From positions 9,486,001 through 9,550,000 of the forward strand of contig OX597828.1 in the NCBI GenBank assembly GCA_951406725.2: a stretch of DNA of 64,000 nucleotides, read 5' to 3'. The notes under the pieces were generated by a model. It saw nothing but the letters and a program-made list of their open reading frames with translations, was not told the DNA's origin and did not search any database. Source of the DNA: Octopus vulgaris (lineage: Eukaryota). Positions 41,090-55,645 of this stretch are shown piece after piece. Numbering within the stretch: the stretch's first letter is position 1; every line of letters begins with the position of its first letter. Made by a program: the position numbers and the translations under genes.

Positions 41090-42700
41090 GGCATTGTGAT
41101 ACGAAGGAACAAAATAGAAGGGAATTTAGCTGGAATCTTAGAAGAAGCACTTAGAAGATACATGCGGAATTTCAGCAGCACTTCACCCAATTGTTTGGGA
41201 CGAATGACAATCCGGAACGAGGGATAGACTTTAGTGCCTACGTCGACGTCATTTCATGACTTTTCGAGAGTGGGGCGAAGTTTTGCAAAATGCCGATAAC
41301 AGCCGCGGAAATGCAGGGTGCGACGTTAAGCTGCACGGGGAAACTGCCTGGTTTGGATGGTCTGTCCTTTTAAATTAACCTATATATGCCAGATTTATTT
41401 GGCGGACTTGGCAGATATCTGCTGCAACTGGCAGCAGACCGCAGAGATTCCGAATTCTGTTAGTCGAGTGGTAGATGCACTGCTAACAAAGGACCCAAAC
41501 CAGAGATATCACACAGTAAATTTTAGGCCCATAAAGATGAACGCAGACTTCAAATTTTGACAATGGTTTTAGCAAGGAGCTTGGCCCTAGTCGTCGAGGA
41601 ACTCTCTGTTGAGGTGCAAACAAACTGGAAGCGTTGAGAGGCATCCCGTACTAACTAGAAAGTGGGAGAACCGTGTCAGCATGCGCAGAAGATGTTACCG
41701 CCAAAGTTTGACTGGAGCAAATATTAACCAAGAAAGGTCAATGGTCCTACAGCTTGACACCTGGGGAAGTATGACCCTACTGTCTGATAACGTCGTGGGA
41801 GGCTGGACGCTTGACGGAGGGACATGTTGAATTACTCCTGGTCTGGTTTGGTTCATATCTCAAGGTGGAGAACAACTGGAACAAGGTAACGAGGAGTGTT
41901 GCCATTTTCATCCAGAAATGGGCCGAGAGAAATCTATCACTGAAAGGTTGGTCAGAGGTAGCGAATGCTTTTATCGCCTCCGTCAAATATTATTGCCTGA
42001 TCGCCGATCTTTCCTCCAGTTCACGTCTGACCAAACTGGGGTGCGTATTCTTCCGCTTTCTGTGGAAGGGGGTGTATTCCACTTCTCAGGTGCTTCATTT
42101 GCTGTTAACATCCATTGAATGGAGGGCTGGGCATAACTTAGTTGCTAATGCACTGACTTGCGCTGAGGCTGCGATATTTCCGGTACTTCCAAGATGGTGA
42201 ACAGGTGAGGTCCCCGATTGTCAGATACGATTTCCCACAGTTCGTCTCTTTATTTTGGTTAGAGTCCTACATCAAGCGCAGACCGACGCAAAGCACCTAG
42301 AACCAAGACTGTCGTCAGATGCTGACGGTGGTCTGTCCCTCGGGTAATGCGTTCGGAGAAAGTTCCACTTACCGAGATGCGTACAGAGCAACGATACTGT
42401 TCAGTACGCTCTTGTTCAGAGCCCGAGCACTGCTGTCGCGTGAAGGACGGATCTAGCAATCAGTAGCGTCCACCATAAAGATTGACCCGCTGCCTTCCTT
42501 TGACCGAGAAGAGCAAGCAATATTTTTCATCTTGTGGCCTTAACGGAAGAGGTTGCGTGGCAGACCAGATTGAAAGCGTTGAAGATAGAAATTTTCTTCT
42601 TTGGTTAAACCCACAGCAACTCTTTCAGTTTCATTTGAAGAGATAAGTAAAGGTAGAGACTGAAGCGCTGTCACCCGGCTATTTTATTAAAAAGTGTGTC
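41090..42700 (+). pseudogene. Tx1/L1-clade LINE ORF2 remnant with internal deletions
   Basis: GKLPGLDGLSF, LLTKDP...NFRPI..NADFK, TGANINQERS, LLVWFG...NNWNKV...WAERNLSLKGWSEVANAFIASV. Confidence 0.8.
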
Positions 42701-42845
42701 AATACATTATTTACATTATTTACTTTGGACGTGTCTCTGTCCACAGTCATATCAATTAACTGGCATGTTTTGTATTTAGTCTTCTATGACGATATTTGGT
42801 CTGTTAACATTTATTTGCCCATTATTGTTGGTGTTAATACTATTG

Positions 42846-43108
<263 letters not shown>

Positions 43109-44199
43109 ATCAGCAGAAGCTGCAACAGCGTCATCACGATTATTATATTATTACGAAGCTCTATACATGAAAGAATTAATAAAAAAAAAACATGGTTTGC
43201 CGAATTATGACATCGTATGTTAATCTTTGATCTCCTAAACTCTATATACGTTTCTGACTTCCAAATTTAAGCCTACTATGAGACAGAGATTTTCGGAACT
43301 GTTTATCCTTGTTTCAAATGTGAAATCCCAAATTGCGTTCCTTACTTTTACACTTATCTAAAAGAAAATTTTCCGAAGACGTTTAATGGAATTGCCATTA
43401 ACATTTTCTCCCGAAACCAAAACCGATGCCGGCATTTTATTATTATTTTTTAAATCTTTATCATAACAAAGGTATTTTTCATTTCCGGTGCGAAAGTTTG
43501 GCATTATCGATCATAATCAAGAGCCTAACGAATGATAACGCAATCCTATTAATAAGTATTTAAGATCTATGAGCCAATTTACAAGAATTTCATTTATCCG
43601 CCAATATTTGCTGTCGTGTTTCAAAAACATTTAACAAGCGAAGGAAGTGTGACCGGATATTTAAAAGTAGAAATGAAGCAAGATTTTGATACTGTCAATA
43701 TCGTTGTGATAACAATTATTATGTTTGAATTAATATCCGGCGTTCCAGCGTAATACTTGGAACAATAATAGACGTTTTTGTAGTCTGCATTGTATATTCT
43801 CTCAAAATATTTCAGGTCTCTTCATCAAGATGAGAAAAAAAAAACCTTTGCAATAAAAGAAGTGTATGTGTTATGTATCAGGACTTGAAAAGATGCTCTT
43901 AATTATAAGAATGTGTTTGATGATGAAGTAGTCAAGAGGCAGAGGGATATTTCCAGATTTAATTTCCGTCAAATTAATTTCATCCTGTCCAAAGAACGGC
44001 TAACAATTACAACATACTTTCTCGGTGCATAACCAAACTCAAACCTATAATATTTATTGCTCTTAAATTAGTTATTTAGTTCATATAAATTACTTCGAAA
44101 TGCACATACTATTACAATAATTTTCTTTGAGATTGATGCCCGTTGCAATTACTGCTGAAATCAACATTTTTAGATATCTCTAGGAAACGTAACTGCCTG

Positions 44200-44339
<140 letters not shown>

Positions 44340-44460
44340 CCTATCTATGTGATTAATGATTTATCTTTCTCTCCATCTCTCCCTCTATATAGATAGGTGA
44401 AAGTGTGTATGTATATATATATATATATGTAAATACACACATATATATATATATTTATAC

Positions 44461-44645
<185 letters not shown>

Positions 44646-44778
44646 GTTATTTTCCATTTGTCTTGCTCGCTTACGTTTCTGGTGTGCTAAATTTTCTGGA
44701 GAACAATTCTTAGTGATTGAGACCATAGCGGATCTTCTTCTAGCATAAGGCTTTCCACATAGTGGTTTAAAAAATCCC

Positions 44779-44833
<55 letters not shown>

Positions 44834-45147
44834 CATACATATACATGTCTGTATAGGATTTAAAAATAAATTTACTGAGTGCATGTGTTAGTGCGTTTGT
44901 ATGCGCGCGTGCTTGTCTGTGTTTATTTACCAGAATGTTGAGGGCCAAATAGATTTATATTGTATTTTTCACCTGTCATATCTAATATCTGATATTGCTC
45001 CCATTTTCTGTAATTTAAAGTTTAATGGCTTTAGTTTCAGATGAAATAAAATTTGATAATGAAGCTGCAACGCACTCCCCACACCAATTAATTGTGTATG
45101 TGTATGAATGTGTGTATGTGAATATATCTCTATCAAACTATCTCACC

Positions 45148-45184
<37 letters not shown>

Positions 45185-45313
45185 TCACTCTCTTTATATA
45201 AACGTATATATGTGTATGTGGGACAGCCTTTGTTTATGTATGGATATATATATATATATTTATATACTCATATATAAGTACTCACACATATATATGTACA
45301 TATGTATGGATAT

Positions 45314-45347
<34 letters not shown>

Positions 45348-45352
45348 TACAT

Positions 45353-45431
<79 letters not shown>

Positions 45432-45432
<1 letters not shown>

Positions 45433-47010
45433 TGTATCTCACGGAAGTATGTACATCCCTAAAAATTTTCAGTAACACTGACGTTATCCTGATAATACCG
45501 GAGAAAATCGAACGAAATTTATACTGAATAAAAAATAATATACACGCAAATATTATACAAATTTAGAACACAAAACAAGAAATAATTTGAAAGATAAGAA
45601 TGAAATATTAACTTTCAAACGTTACAAATGTATGTACTCCCTAAAAGAAATTTGTTATATTCAATATTTTATCCCCCTTTTTTTACTAATTTAATCTGTT
45701 GCTGATAATTTCAATTGTCATAATTTTTCTCTCCAGGCATTTTTGCACCGGCCATTGTTTTTGTATCGGCAGGAATACTGATTTGTGAATCGTGCTGAAA
45801 ATCTTCTTCATTGTGTTTAAAATGACACCAAAAACAAAAAGGACTGTCTGAAGGTTTGAAGAAAATTATCTTTGATTTGCACAAGAAAGGTTTAGGATAC
45901 AAGATAATTAGCAAACGAATACATCTTAGCGCAAACACAGTTGCCAAAGTAATTCGGAAGTATAAATCTACTGGACGGCTAAGCAATAAACAACGTCCAG
46001 GCCGTCCTTGTATTTAAACTCTGCTTGTTATTCGCCTCATCCAACTTTGCGTGATGGATGACAGGCGTCGTATCACTTCATTTTTAGCCCATGAAAGAGT
46101 GTATCTATCCAAACAGTTCGCCGAGGTTTGAACCAGTGTGGTCTTCATATACGCATTTCTCGTAGGAAGCCTCTCCTTACCACTTCACTAAATCAAGTCG
46201 TCATTCTTTTTCCCCCAAAATTATGTGAGTAAGAGGAAGGAGTTTTGGAATAATATTCTCTTTTCTGACGAGACTAAAATCAACTTATTTGGGTCACATG
46301 TCATTATAGGAGTATGGTAACGACCAGGTGAAGAGAATAGTGACAAATGCACTGTGCCTACCGTAAGACACGGCGTCGAAAGTGTTGTGATTTGGGGTTG
46401 CATGATTGCAGTTGGTGTGGGAAGATTCCGATTCAAGGCTTTATTGTGACATATTCCAGAAAACAACTTTTAAATACATCAAGGAACTAGGAGGTCATTC
46501 CATGTTCCAAAATGATAATGACCCAAAACATACTTAAAAGATTACGACAAAGTTTTATCAGATAAGAAAGCAAATGCATTGCCTTGGCCTACTATGAGAC
46601 ATGATTTAAATCCAACAGAACTTATGTGAGGTGTTTTGAGAAAGAAGGTTCAGGAGAAAAATCCCACAATGTAACATCATTCAGGATGAATGGAGGTTGT
46701 ATGCAGAAATTTAGTCGACTCTAATGCCCAGAAGACTAAATGCAGTCATTGAAAAAAATGACGGTGACACCAAATATTGAACATAGGAAATAATCCTTTA
46801 GGGTGTACATATATTTGTGTCGTTTGAAAATTAATATTTCGTTCACATCTTTGAAAATTTTTATTGTTCTGTGTTCCAAATTTGTATAATGCTTGCATCT
46901 ATAATATATCTTATTCAGTATAGCTTTTGTTTGATTTCCTTCAGTATTATCAGTGTAATGGTTATTTTACTGAAATTTTTTAGGGGTGTACATATTTCTG
47001 TGAGGTACTG
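45432..47010 (+). mobile_element. Full-length decayed Tc1 transposon with ~215-bp IR/DR-type TIRs
   Basis: TIRs at ~45432-45647 and ~46795-47010; TA on both flanks; internal direct repeat GTATGTAC(A)TCCCTAAAA. Confidence 0.92.
45822..46780 (+). pseudogene. Tc1 (DD34E-type) transposase pseudogene
   Basis: KKGLGYKIISKR...RPGRP; FWNNILFSDETKINLFG; VIWGCM; FQNDNDPKHT; DLNPTE; MPRRLNAVIE..GDTKY*; several stops and frameshifts. Confidence 0.9.
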
Positions 47011-47159
47011 TATGCACACACACATACACACACACACATACACACACACACACGTACACTAACACATATACATGTAACTATATATATCCTTGATCTGAAC
47101 TGCCCGACAAACGGGAACGTGAAACTCTGAGTAGCATTTTTTGTGACGTTTTGTTGTTT

Positions 47160-47280
47160 TCCAGCTTTAGGAATAAAAGTTAAAGTCAACCTTGATGGAA
47201 TTTGATCTCAGAACGTAAAACGGGCGTAGTGCCGCTAATCATTCTGCCACGAGTGCTATAATTCATTTAGCTCTCCGACT
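47160..47280 (-). mobile_element. SINE family A, 5' fragment
   Basis: AAAGTCAACCTTGATGGAATTTGATCTCAGAACGTAAA. Confidence 0.65.
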
Positions 47281-47312
47281 TAATAATAATGATAATGATA
47301 ATAATAATAATG

Positions 47313-47388
<76 letters not shown>

Positions 47389-47421
47389 TAATAATAATAA
47401 TAACATCTATTATCATTATCA

Positions 47422-47493
<72 letters not shown>
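47281..47493. repeat. Inverted microsatellite (AAT)n-(ATT)n
   Basis: The repeat switches strand at about 47403-47408. Confidence 0.9.
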
Positions 47494-47497
<4 letters not shown>

Positions 47498-48899
47498 ACT
47501 GATGCTGATGATGACGACCACCACCGCCACAATGACGACAGCGAGGAGGACGACGAGGACGACGGCGATGATGATATTTTTATTGCTCAGAAGAGCCTAA
47601 GAGAGATCGAGGACAATATCAAATGATGAAATACAACACACAAAACGTTGCGTTTACATCGATCAAAAGTGAACAAACAATAGAATAATAAATTGCAGCA
47701 TTATTTTGATTTAATGCCATAAAATTAAATTATGTAACAAATTTGCTTAACTTCCACGATGTGGCTGGGGTTCCATAAGTTTTTGGCATTTAGGATAGTA
47801 AGAAATTCTCATTATTTGTTGGAGGTAGGTTTTGCTATCATTTCGATATCTGTCATTCTTGCTATTACTAAATAGCTTTATCTACAACTTTTGTGGTGTC
47901 CATACAGCACTCCCATCCTGGTGCATAACCTAAATTTTCTGTTTGATTTCTTCTTTTTTTGGCGCGTTTCCTATAACAACCTGCCATTACGTTTATCTTT
48001 TTCTCTCTCTTCCCGACGTTCTTACATATATTCTTAAAGTAAGCAATACAAATGTCATTTGCAAACGTGTTATCTCGGAACGTTATTAGACATTGCTCTA
48101 TCTAACGTAGTAAGTTGGGATTATAAATTTGTCTAACGATTGGTACTAAAAAATACAAGAAAGCGCAACATGTACATTAATCTTTCGCACGAAAGACCCT
48201 AGGCGGTCACAAATAGGTGACATGTTTCCTCGTAAACAACTATTTTATGCCTTTCTCTAGCGCAATCTTATTTACAGTTCTGAACATAACCTTTTTCTCA
48301 TCCAATGCAACAGACACAAACTACTTTAAATTCCAGCAACAAATAAGTTGATTTGATATACAAGAAGTTTTTCAATTACACTGTTTGGCAAAAACTCCCA
48401 TTTAAGATTTCGTCCCAGTAAATTGGTCGTCAGAATCTCGTACTATTTGCAGCTTTATATAAATCAAACTGAGAGGGCAATATTTATTTGTTATTTTTAT
48501 TATTCCTATTTATAATTGATTTGCTTAGATAATAATGTGTATTATATAAGTTCGAGTGCATTTTCTCTCTTCAATCCAATTCTTTCGACTTCTTACAATA
48601 AATAATAATGGGTTTAAAGCTTTATACACTGATGTTTGGATGAGATCATTCCTTTTATATTGCAATGTTCTTCAGAATTGGACGCAGGCGCCAACATCAT
48701 TCATACAGCAAAAATTAGACAACACAAATTTATAGAACTGCATTTACTACTACATAAAAAAAATACAGCTGTAGCAAAAGCTGCTGCTGCTGCTACTACT
48801 ACTACTACTGCTACTACTACTGATACTAATACTACTTATAATATCTGCAACTAACAGGGATTATTTGGACTAGACGGTAGTATTTGATACACACAGAGT

Positions 48900-49095
48900 A
48901 ACGACCGTGACTGGTACATGTTTTATGCATCCAGCAATAATTGATGTCAACGGCCCCAATGCTTGATTTTATTTTATTGTATGGATTCTGAGAGAATGAA
49001 TAGCTAAGGTGAATTTGCCGGCATTTGAATTCGGTATATGAAGAACCGGATCAAATAACACCAGATATTTTTTTCCGACAATGATTCTCTAGTTT
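48900..49095 (-). mobile_element. SINE family A, highly decayed
   Basis: AGAATGAATAGCTAAGGTGAATTTGCCGGCATTTGAATTC resembles AGGATGAAAGGCAAAGTCGACCTCGGCGGAATTTGAACTC. Confidence 0.5.
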
Positions 49096-49920
49096 ACTAC
49101 CGTAACACAAGTTGTTGGTATTCTCTTACCCCAAAATTTTCAACTTCATCTGCCCTATAATTAAAGTTTTCTATACCGTAACCAGAAATTCATTTGTTGG
49201 TTATAGTACATTATCCAATATATCATAAATAATTATTTTAATTAGGAATGATATTGAGGGTTAGTATTATTTAATTCTAGCGCCGAACCTGACACCTATG
49301 CTTATCTACTCCAAGGAACCGTCACACCACTCATAAGCTCTAGTCTACATACTGCCAAGTGTATTTACTACTAAAATTCTCAACCACACCTGGTTCCTTC
49401 CTCTTAACATTTTCCACAATTCTTGACCCCAGTCTCCTATTATTTATCTGTTTTCATTGGTTTTATATGCAAACAACCATTTCATTTCCTTTTAATACTA
49501 TTTACTCGTACAACTTCATTTCTTTCTCATTTTTACTACCTCAGTTTATATATCCTTCTAATCTGTTTTCTTCCTTTCCTCTCCCTCTCACTCTCTCTCT
49601 CTCTCTCTCTCTTACCATCTATCTCCCAGTGTCTCCCCTATATACACATCCAACATCTTAATTTAATAGACAACTAAGTGGAAGACAGCGGGGTAATAAC
49701 GTAAGGTCCACGACATCTACCTAGATGAATTATTTCAACACATTGAAAACAATATCTCCAACTATCCCTTTGACAGACATAAGTAAAGGATTTTTATTGA
49801 TAAACCTATCCAACTTCCTTTTCCCCTTTACCTATCATTTTTTCCCTTCTACTTAATCACTACTTAACAACACACAAACACACGTACACACACACGTACA
49901 TACATACATACATACATATG

Positions 49921-49968
<48 letters not shown>

Positions 49969-49971
49969 TGT

Positions 49972-50028
<57 letters not shown>

Positions 50029-50029
50029 A

Positions 50030-50822
50030 CAGAAAAGGAGGAATTTCGATTATACGACGTGGTGAGTTGTAACATATATAAGGAATTGAAAAAGAGGAAA
50101 ATACACACACTTTATATAGTTTTAATGTGATTTTTAATATATCGACCGGTTTCGCTTTCGCTATACATGATATTAAGGTTTACTTATTTGAATATGTATT
50201 TTCTGAAGAATATATTTTTATCCATGTTTTCTTTAATAATATTTACGAGTGAATGACTTCTCAAGTAGAAAAACAAGGGGAGGTAATTGGTTATCGTTAT
50301 TATTGTGGGCAAGGGAGATAACTGTTCAGCTTTCAGTAAAAGGATGGGAATAAATATATACACAAAAATGGTTTCGAAAAACTTGTTTAGTGAGGGGATT
50401 TATGTACAATGATGTAATCGTAAATTGAAATATGTAAGAAGATAAAAGTTGGTTATACGTGCATATTAAGATAAAAGTTGGTTATGCGTGCATATTAAGA
50501 CGTGTTCTGCATTTTTCAATGAAAAGAGTTTCTCTATTTAAACGTTCTTGTGGGGAAATTTCGCCTTTGTACTGGTAGAAGGGGAAGACTTGAATTTGGT
50601 TTCATGTTAACTGCACATTTGTCTATATGTTCAATGAAAGGAATTGGCCTATATAGCGGGAAACGGATTTACTCTTTATGTAGGGTGGTTCTCCATCTAA
50701 AGGTGATACTCGTCTGTCTAATGTAGTTTTGTCCGCAACCCGAGCAGGTTATTACATAAGGTAGGTTTCAGAGGGACAAATGAAAATAGTTTTAATTGTG
50801 AACTCCTGTCCTTGCTTTTCTG
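50030..50822 (-). mobile_element. Penelope-like element 3' end (GIY-YIG remnant plus pseudo-LTR)
   Basis: Minus 50497-50820 translates FICPSE..YVITCSGCGQNYIRQTSITFRWRTTLHKE*I...EHIDKC...RLNRETLFIEK...LN; decayed hammerhead motif at 50139-50173. Confidence 0.85.
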
Positions 50823-51539
50823 TATGTCGCCGAGTATTATCATGATGGAAGAACACATCCCGAACGCCTTGAAACAAAGCTAGTCATCTTTTTTCTAGTG
50901 CTGCTCGCAGTTGACCTCGTTTGTTATCGCTTGGTTTAGGTTTAAAAGTTCAAAGTGGAGTAAATTCTTCATATCCCACTGAACAGATGTCAACACCATA
51001 GTGGCTGTTTTTATCCTGGGGTGCCGGTATTTTTTCTTTCTCTATCCACCGACTTTAGTGCTTGACATTTTTATAGAGATCTCGTTCCTTGTCAACAGTC
51101 ACTATTCGGTCGAAACAGATTCATTCTTGGGACGTGACAGTGAAGAGCACACATTCACTCTTTGCGTGCGATTAAACCGATAAAGTTTATGAGGAACCCA
51201 TAACCCAATTTCTTGACTTTTTCGATGGCATGCAGGTGTCGATGAATGGGTGAATGACCAAATTCAAGCTTCTCTGCAAGTTCCTCAGCAATTAAGATGG
51301 GATTTTGTTTCACCAGCATTTGCAGGACGTCTTCGTTGAGCTCTACATCCAGGACGAGGATCGTCTTCCAGGCTGTAATTTCCGGTTCGGAATTTCTGGA
51401 ACCACTGTCGACGCAGGCCTACGCTTATTTTCCGATTCTCATATACTGCATTAATATTCCTCTCACTTTCCCTTACGTTGTTGCTTTTATTGAACTCATA
51501 AAAGCAAATATGCCGAATATGCTCCTTTTACAGTTGCAT
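50823..51539 (-). pseudogene. mariner transposase pseudogene, 3'-truncated
   Basis: KEHIRHICFYEFNK...QWFQKFRTGNYSLEDDPRPG...EELAEKL..GHSPIHRHL...VFFHHDNTRRHT. Confidence 0.88.
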
Positions 51540-51639
51540 TATAGCTTTGAAAAAAATAACTATTAAAACCGAATTGCACTCTTCAAAATTTGCACTAAGG
51601 ATAAGCACAATGTAAAATTACTACCTTCTTTTATAGCAA

Positions 51640-52236
51640 GTTGATGCAGGTAGCTTATTTCATCCCCCTCCAAAGTTTAGTTCAGGCAATCAAAAGAACT
51701 GCATTATCTATGGGAAAGGGAGCTGTCACCAGTAATTGTCGTTCTGAGATGATGAATTGTGTTGAAACCAGAAACTCTGAAAAAAACATCAAACTTTTAA
51801 AGCAAGGACTATATCCGATGTATTTACATGATAACATAACGAAAAACGAGTTTTTATTCACGAAAGATGGGGCTCCAAGCCACACAACGAAAAGGAATCA
51901 ACAATAGCTGACTGAAATCTCCTGACATGAACGCAATTTAAAATCTTTGAAGCATACTAGATAGAACTATACGAAAAACTCGACAGAAACATAAATCTAA
52001 ATAGGAATTGTTTCGATTCTTGCGTGAAAAGTGGGCAAAAATCCCCAAGATACAATCACAAAGCTCATCAGTTCAATGGACAAAGCCATTTCTGAATTAA
52101 AAACTGCAAAAGGAATGACAACTAAATACGAAAGTATGTAGTCCTACCTACCGATTACCATTCAATTGTTCACTTTAAGTAATAAATAAAAGGTTTAGAA
52201 AAAATTAAATGTGTCCATTTACTTCCTGCATCTCTG
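51640..52236 (+). mobile_element. Tc1 transposon 3' half with right terminus
   Basis: NSEKNIKLL...FTKDGAPSHTTK...SPDMNAI*NL...WAKIPQDTITKLISSM..AKGMTTKY; ends GTGTCCATTTACTTCCTGCATCTCTG. Confidence 0.85.
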
Positions 52237-52274
52237 TCAGTTTGAGCGCATATATGCATATAAATATACATATA

Positions 52275-52347
52275 TATACATACATACATACATACATACA
52301 TACATACATACATACATACATACATACATACATACATACATACATAC

Positions 52348-52378
<31 letters not shown>

Positions 52379-52676
52379 CATACATACATACGTACATACG
52401 TACATACGTACATACATACATACATACATACATACATACATACATACGTACGTACATACATACATACATACATACATACTTACGTACGTACATACATACA
52501 TACATACATACATACATACATACATACATACATACATACATACATACATACATACATACATACATACATACATACATACATACATACATACATACATACA
52601 TACATACATACATACGTACATACATACATACATACATACATACATACATACATACATAGATACGTACATACATACA

Positions 52677-52707
<31 letters not shown>

Positions 52708-52735
52708 TTAAATACATACATACATACATACATAT
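52275..52735. repeat. (TACA)n tetranucleotide array, ~460 bp
   Basis: Read directly; occasional TACG and TACT variant units. Confidence 0.97.
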
Positions 52736-53006
52736 ATGACGTGAAGGGGGACAGTGAACTTGACGCTAGGAGTTTTAAGGGCGTTATTACAAATCGAAAA
52801 GTTGGGAAGATATTACAGTAACCCTAATGTAAATACTGAAACGAGAGGATAATTATATCATACATCTCGAAATGATAGTTGTAATTAATTCTTAATATTT
52901 ATGCATGTAATGAGTCTATGAATTTCTCTCTCTCTTTCTCTATCTATCTATCAATCTATCACTTCCTGTTTCTCGTTTTACATATGTATGTAAGTATGTA
53001 CCTATG

Positions 53007-53068
<62 letters not shown>

Positions 53069-53099
53069 CACATATATATATATAGAGAGAGAGTGTGAG

Positions 53100-53184
<85 letters not shown>

Positions 53185-53524
53185 TTCATATTCACACATA
53201 CATATGTGTACATATGTATAGTTATATGTATATATACTTGTTGGAGTATCAGTAACCATTTACCAAAACATTTTTATTCATAAAAATGACGCATAATCGT
53301 TGCAGTGTTACATACACACAGGTACACAAACACGCACACTCACACATACAAACAAATCCATTTATCTCCCTATTCATCTATCGACCTATCTTTCTGTCTA
53401 TCTATATATCTATATGACTATCTATTAATGAGCATGTGTCTGTATGTATACAGAGATAAGGTGGAGGGAGCGATGGGTTTCGTGAGTGTGAATACCTGTT
53501 ATTTAAGTTTTAAATATACACAGG

Positions 53525-53580
<56 letters not shown>

Positions 53581-54329
53581 TACACACACTCGCTGAAAAA
53601 CAGAGCACACACACATACGTGAACTGAAGGAATGTGAAATAGAAAGATGCAATCATATATCTTTATACTGTAAAAGTTTTTGGAGGTTCTATATTTCTGA
53701 ACTATTATGAAAATTAATTTAATAATGTCTCCAAAATTCTTTATTTATCTTTGATATGGCGGGCTGAAATTAAGTGAGGCCTGTAAAGATGTTGAAAATT
53801 AATATTTTTTGGAATATTCTGATATTTATTCTTATAAACGCGCGTCCAAATTTGCACAAACATACACTTAGACCTACAGAAGCGCACGAAAGTATTATAT
53901 ATATATATGTATGTGTGTGTGTGTGTGTGTAAATATATAAATGCTTATATATTCATATATATGTTTATGATGTTTATGTACATATATATATATATATATA
54001 TATATGTACGTCTATGTATATATATATATATACAATCATGTGCACCGATATTTAATATTTTTAGAACACAATCATCCGAAATAGAAATAATTCAACTAAG
54101 TTACCCTCGAGACATAGATCTCTTCTTTGCAGTTTATTATAGAGGCTAGTGTTAATGCAATATTGACAATTAAATTAAACTTTGATATCTTCGTAAGAAT
54201 TTTGATTATTGTAAGGAATCTGATATTGTAAAAAGTATATTTGACTATTTTGGAAACAAAATTTTCTGAAATTTGCAGAAGTTCTAAATTACACCACTAC
54301 TGATAACCATTCCTCGGTATTTTTCACTG

Positions 54330-54381
<52 letters not shown>

Positions 54382-54384
54382 CTG

Positions 54385-54627
54385 TCTTTTACACTTTAAA
54401 TCCCTTTAGTCATTTGAGAGTAGCCATGCAGGAGCACTGCCTTTTAGTCGAGTTAATCGACCCCACAACTTATTCTTTGTAAGCTTAGTACATACTCTAT
54501 CGATCTCTTTTGCCGAACCGAACTTTTGTTACGGGGACGTAAACACACCACCATCGGTGGTCAAACGATATTGCGAGGGACAAATACAGATAAACACACA
54601 CACACATACATACATATATATATATAT

Positions 54628-54663
<36 letters not shown>

Positions 54664-54738
54664 GACAGGTTTCTTTCAGTTTCCGTCTACCAAGTCTACT
54701 CACAAGGCTTTGGTTGCCCCGAGGCTATAGTAAAAGCT
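54385..54738 (-). mobile_element. SINE family B body and tail
   Basis: Reverse complement of 23010-23405 (TTACGGGGACGTAAACACACCA, CTTTCAGTTTCCGTCTACCAA). Confidence 0.85.
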
Positions 54739-54755
54739 ACTATGAATATATATAT

Positions 54756-54808
<53 letters not shown>

Positions 54809-55019
54809 TACAAGTATGTATGCATTTTTATAGGCATATATAAGATAGAAATAGTTATATACACATCTAGGTGTGTGTGTGTATATACATATTGTATTAT
54901 TGTTTTTTTTTGTCTCAGTCATCTATGCAAGGTCACCCCTTTGAAAGTTTATTAAACATATTGATCCTAGTACTGAGATGTATACCTTTCTGTTTCAATA
55001 TTGCAGGTGCAGTGACGAG

Positions 55020-55137
55020 GTTTTGGCCTTCCCAGGATTATAGTAGACGGCATATGCCCAAGTTATCACGCAGTGGGATTGAATGTGGAACAATGTGATT
55101 GAAAGCTAACTCCTCAACACATAGATAAGCTTGCGCT
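55020..55137 (-). mobile_element. SINE family B head, decayed
   Basis: TATAGTAGACGGCATATGCCCAAGTTATCACGCAGTGGGATTGAA. Confidence 0.65.
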
Positions 55138-55209
55138 TAAATATGTAGATGTATAACTATAAACATACGTCTATATATACATATTGATAGATAGATATAT
55201 AAATACATA

Positions 55210-55442
55210 AGGCGACAAGCTGGCAGAAACGTTAGCGCGCTGGACGAATTTCTTAGCGATATTTCCTCAGCCGTTACTTCTGTGTTCAAATTCTGACGAG
55301 GTCGACTTTGCCTTTCATCCTTTCGGGGTCGATAAATTAAGTAGCAGTTCGGCACGGTGGTCGATGTAATCGACTTAATCCATTTCTCTGTCCTTGTTTG
55401 TCCCCTCTATATTTAGCCCCTTGAGGGTAGTAAAGAAATAGG
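55210..55442 (+). mobile_element. SINE family A, full length
   Basis: GGCGACAAGCTGGCAGAAACGTTAGC...GCCTTTCATCCTTTCGGGGTCGATAAATTAAGTA...AAAGAAATAGG. Confidence 0.92.
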
Positions 55443-55558
55443 ATATATAAATACGTGTATATAATTTTGATATTGGGTGTAAAAGTTTTATAAGTATATT
55501 TATTAGAAAATGCCTTCAGATAAGATGGACTAAACGGAGCAAGAAGATACACGTAGAA

Positions 55559-55645
<87 letters not shown>

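Noticed and set aside
49280-49850. Pyrimidine-rich block resembling a PLE 3' region
   Set aside because: No endonuclease motif or ribozyme core could be read
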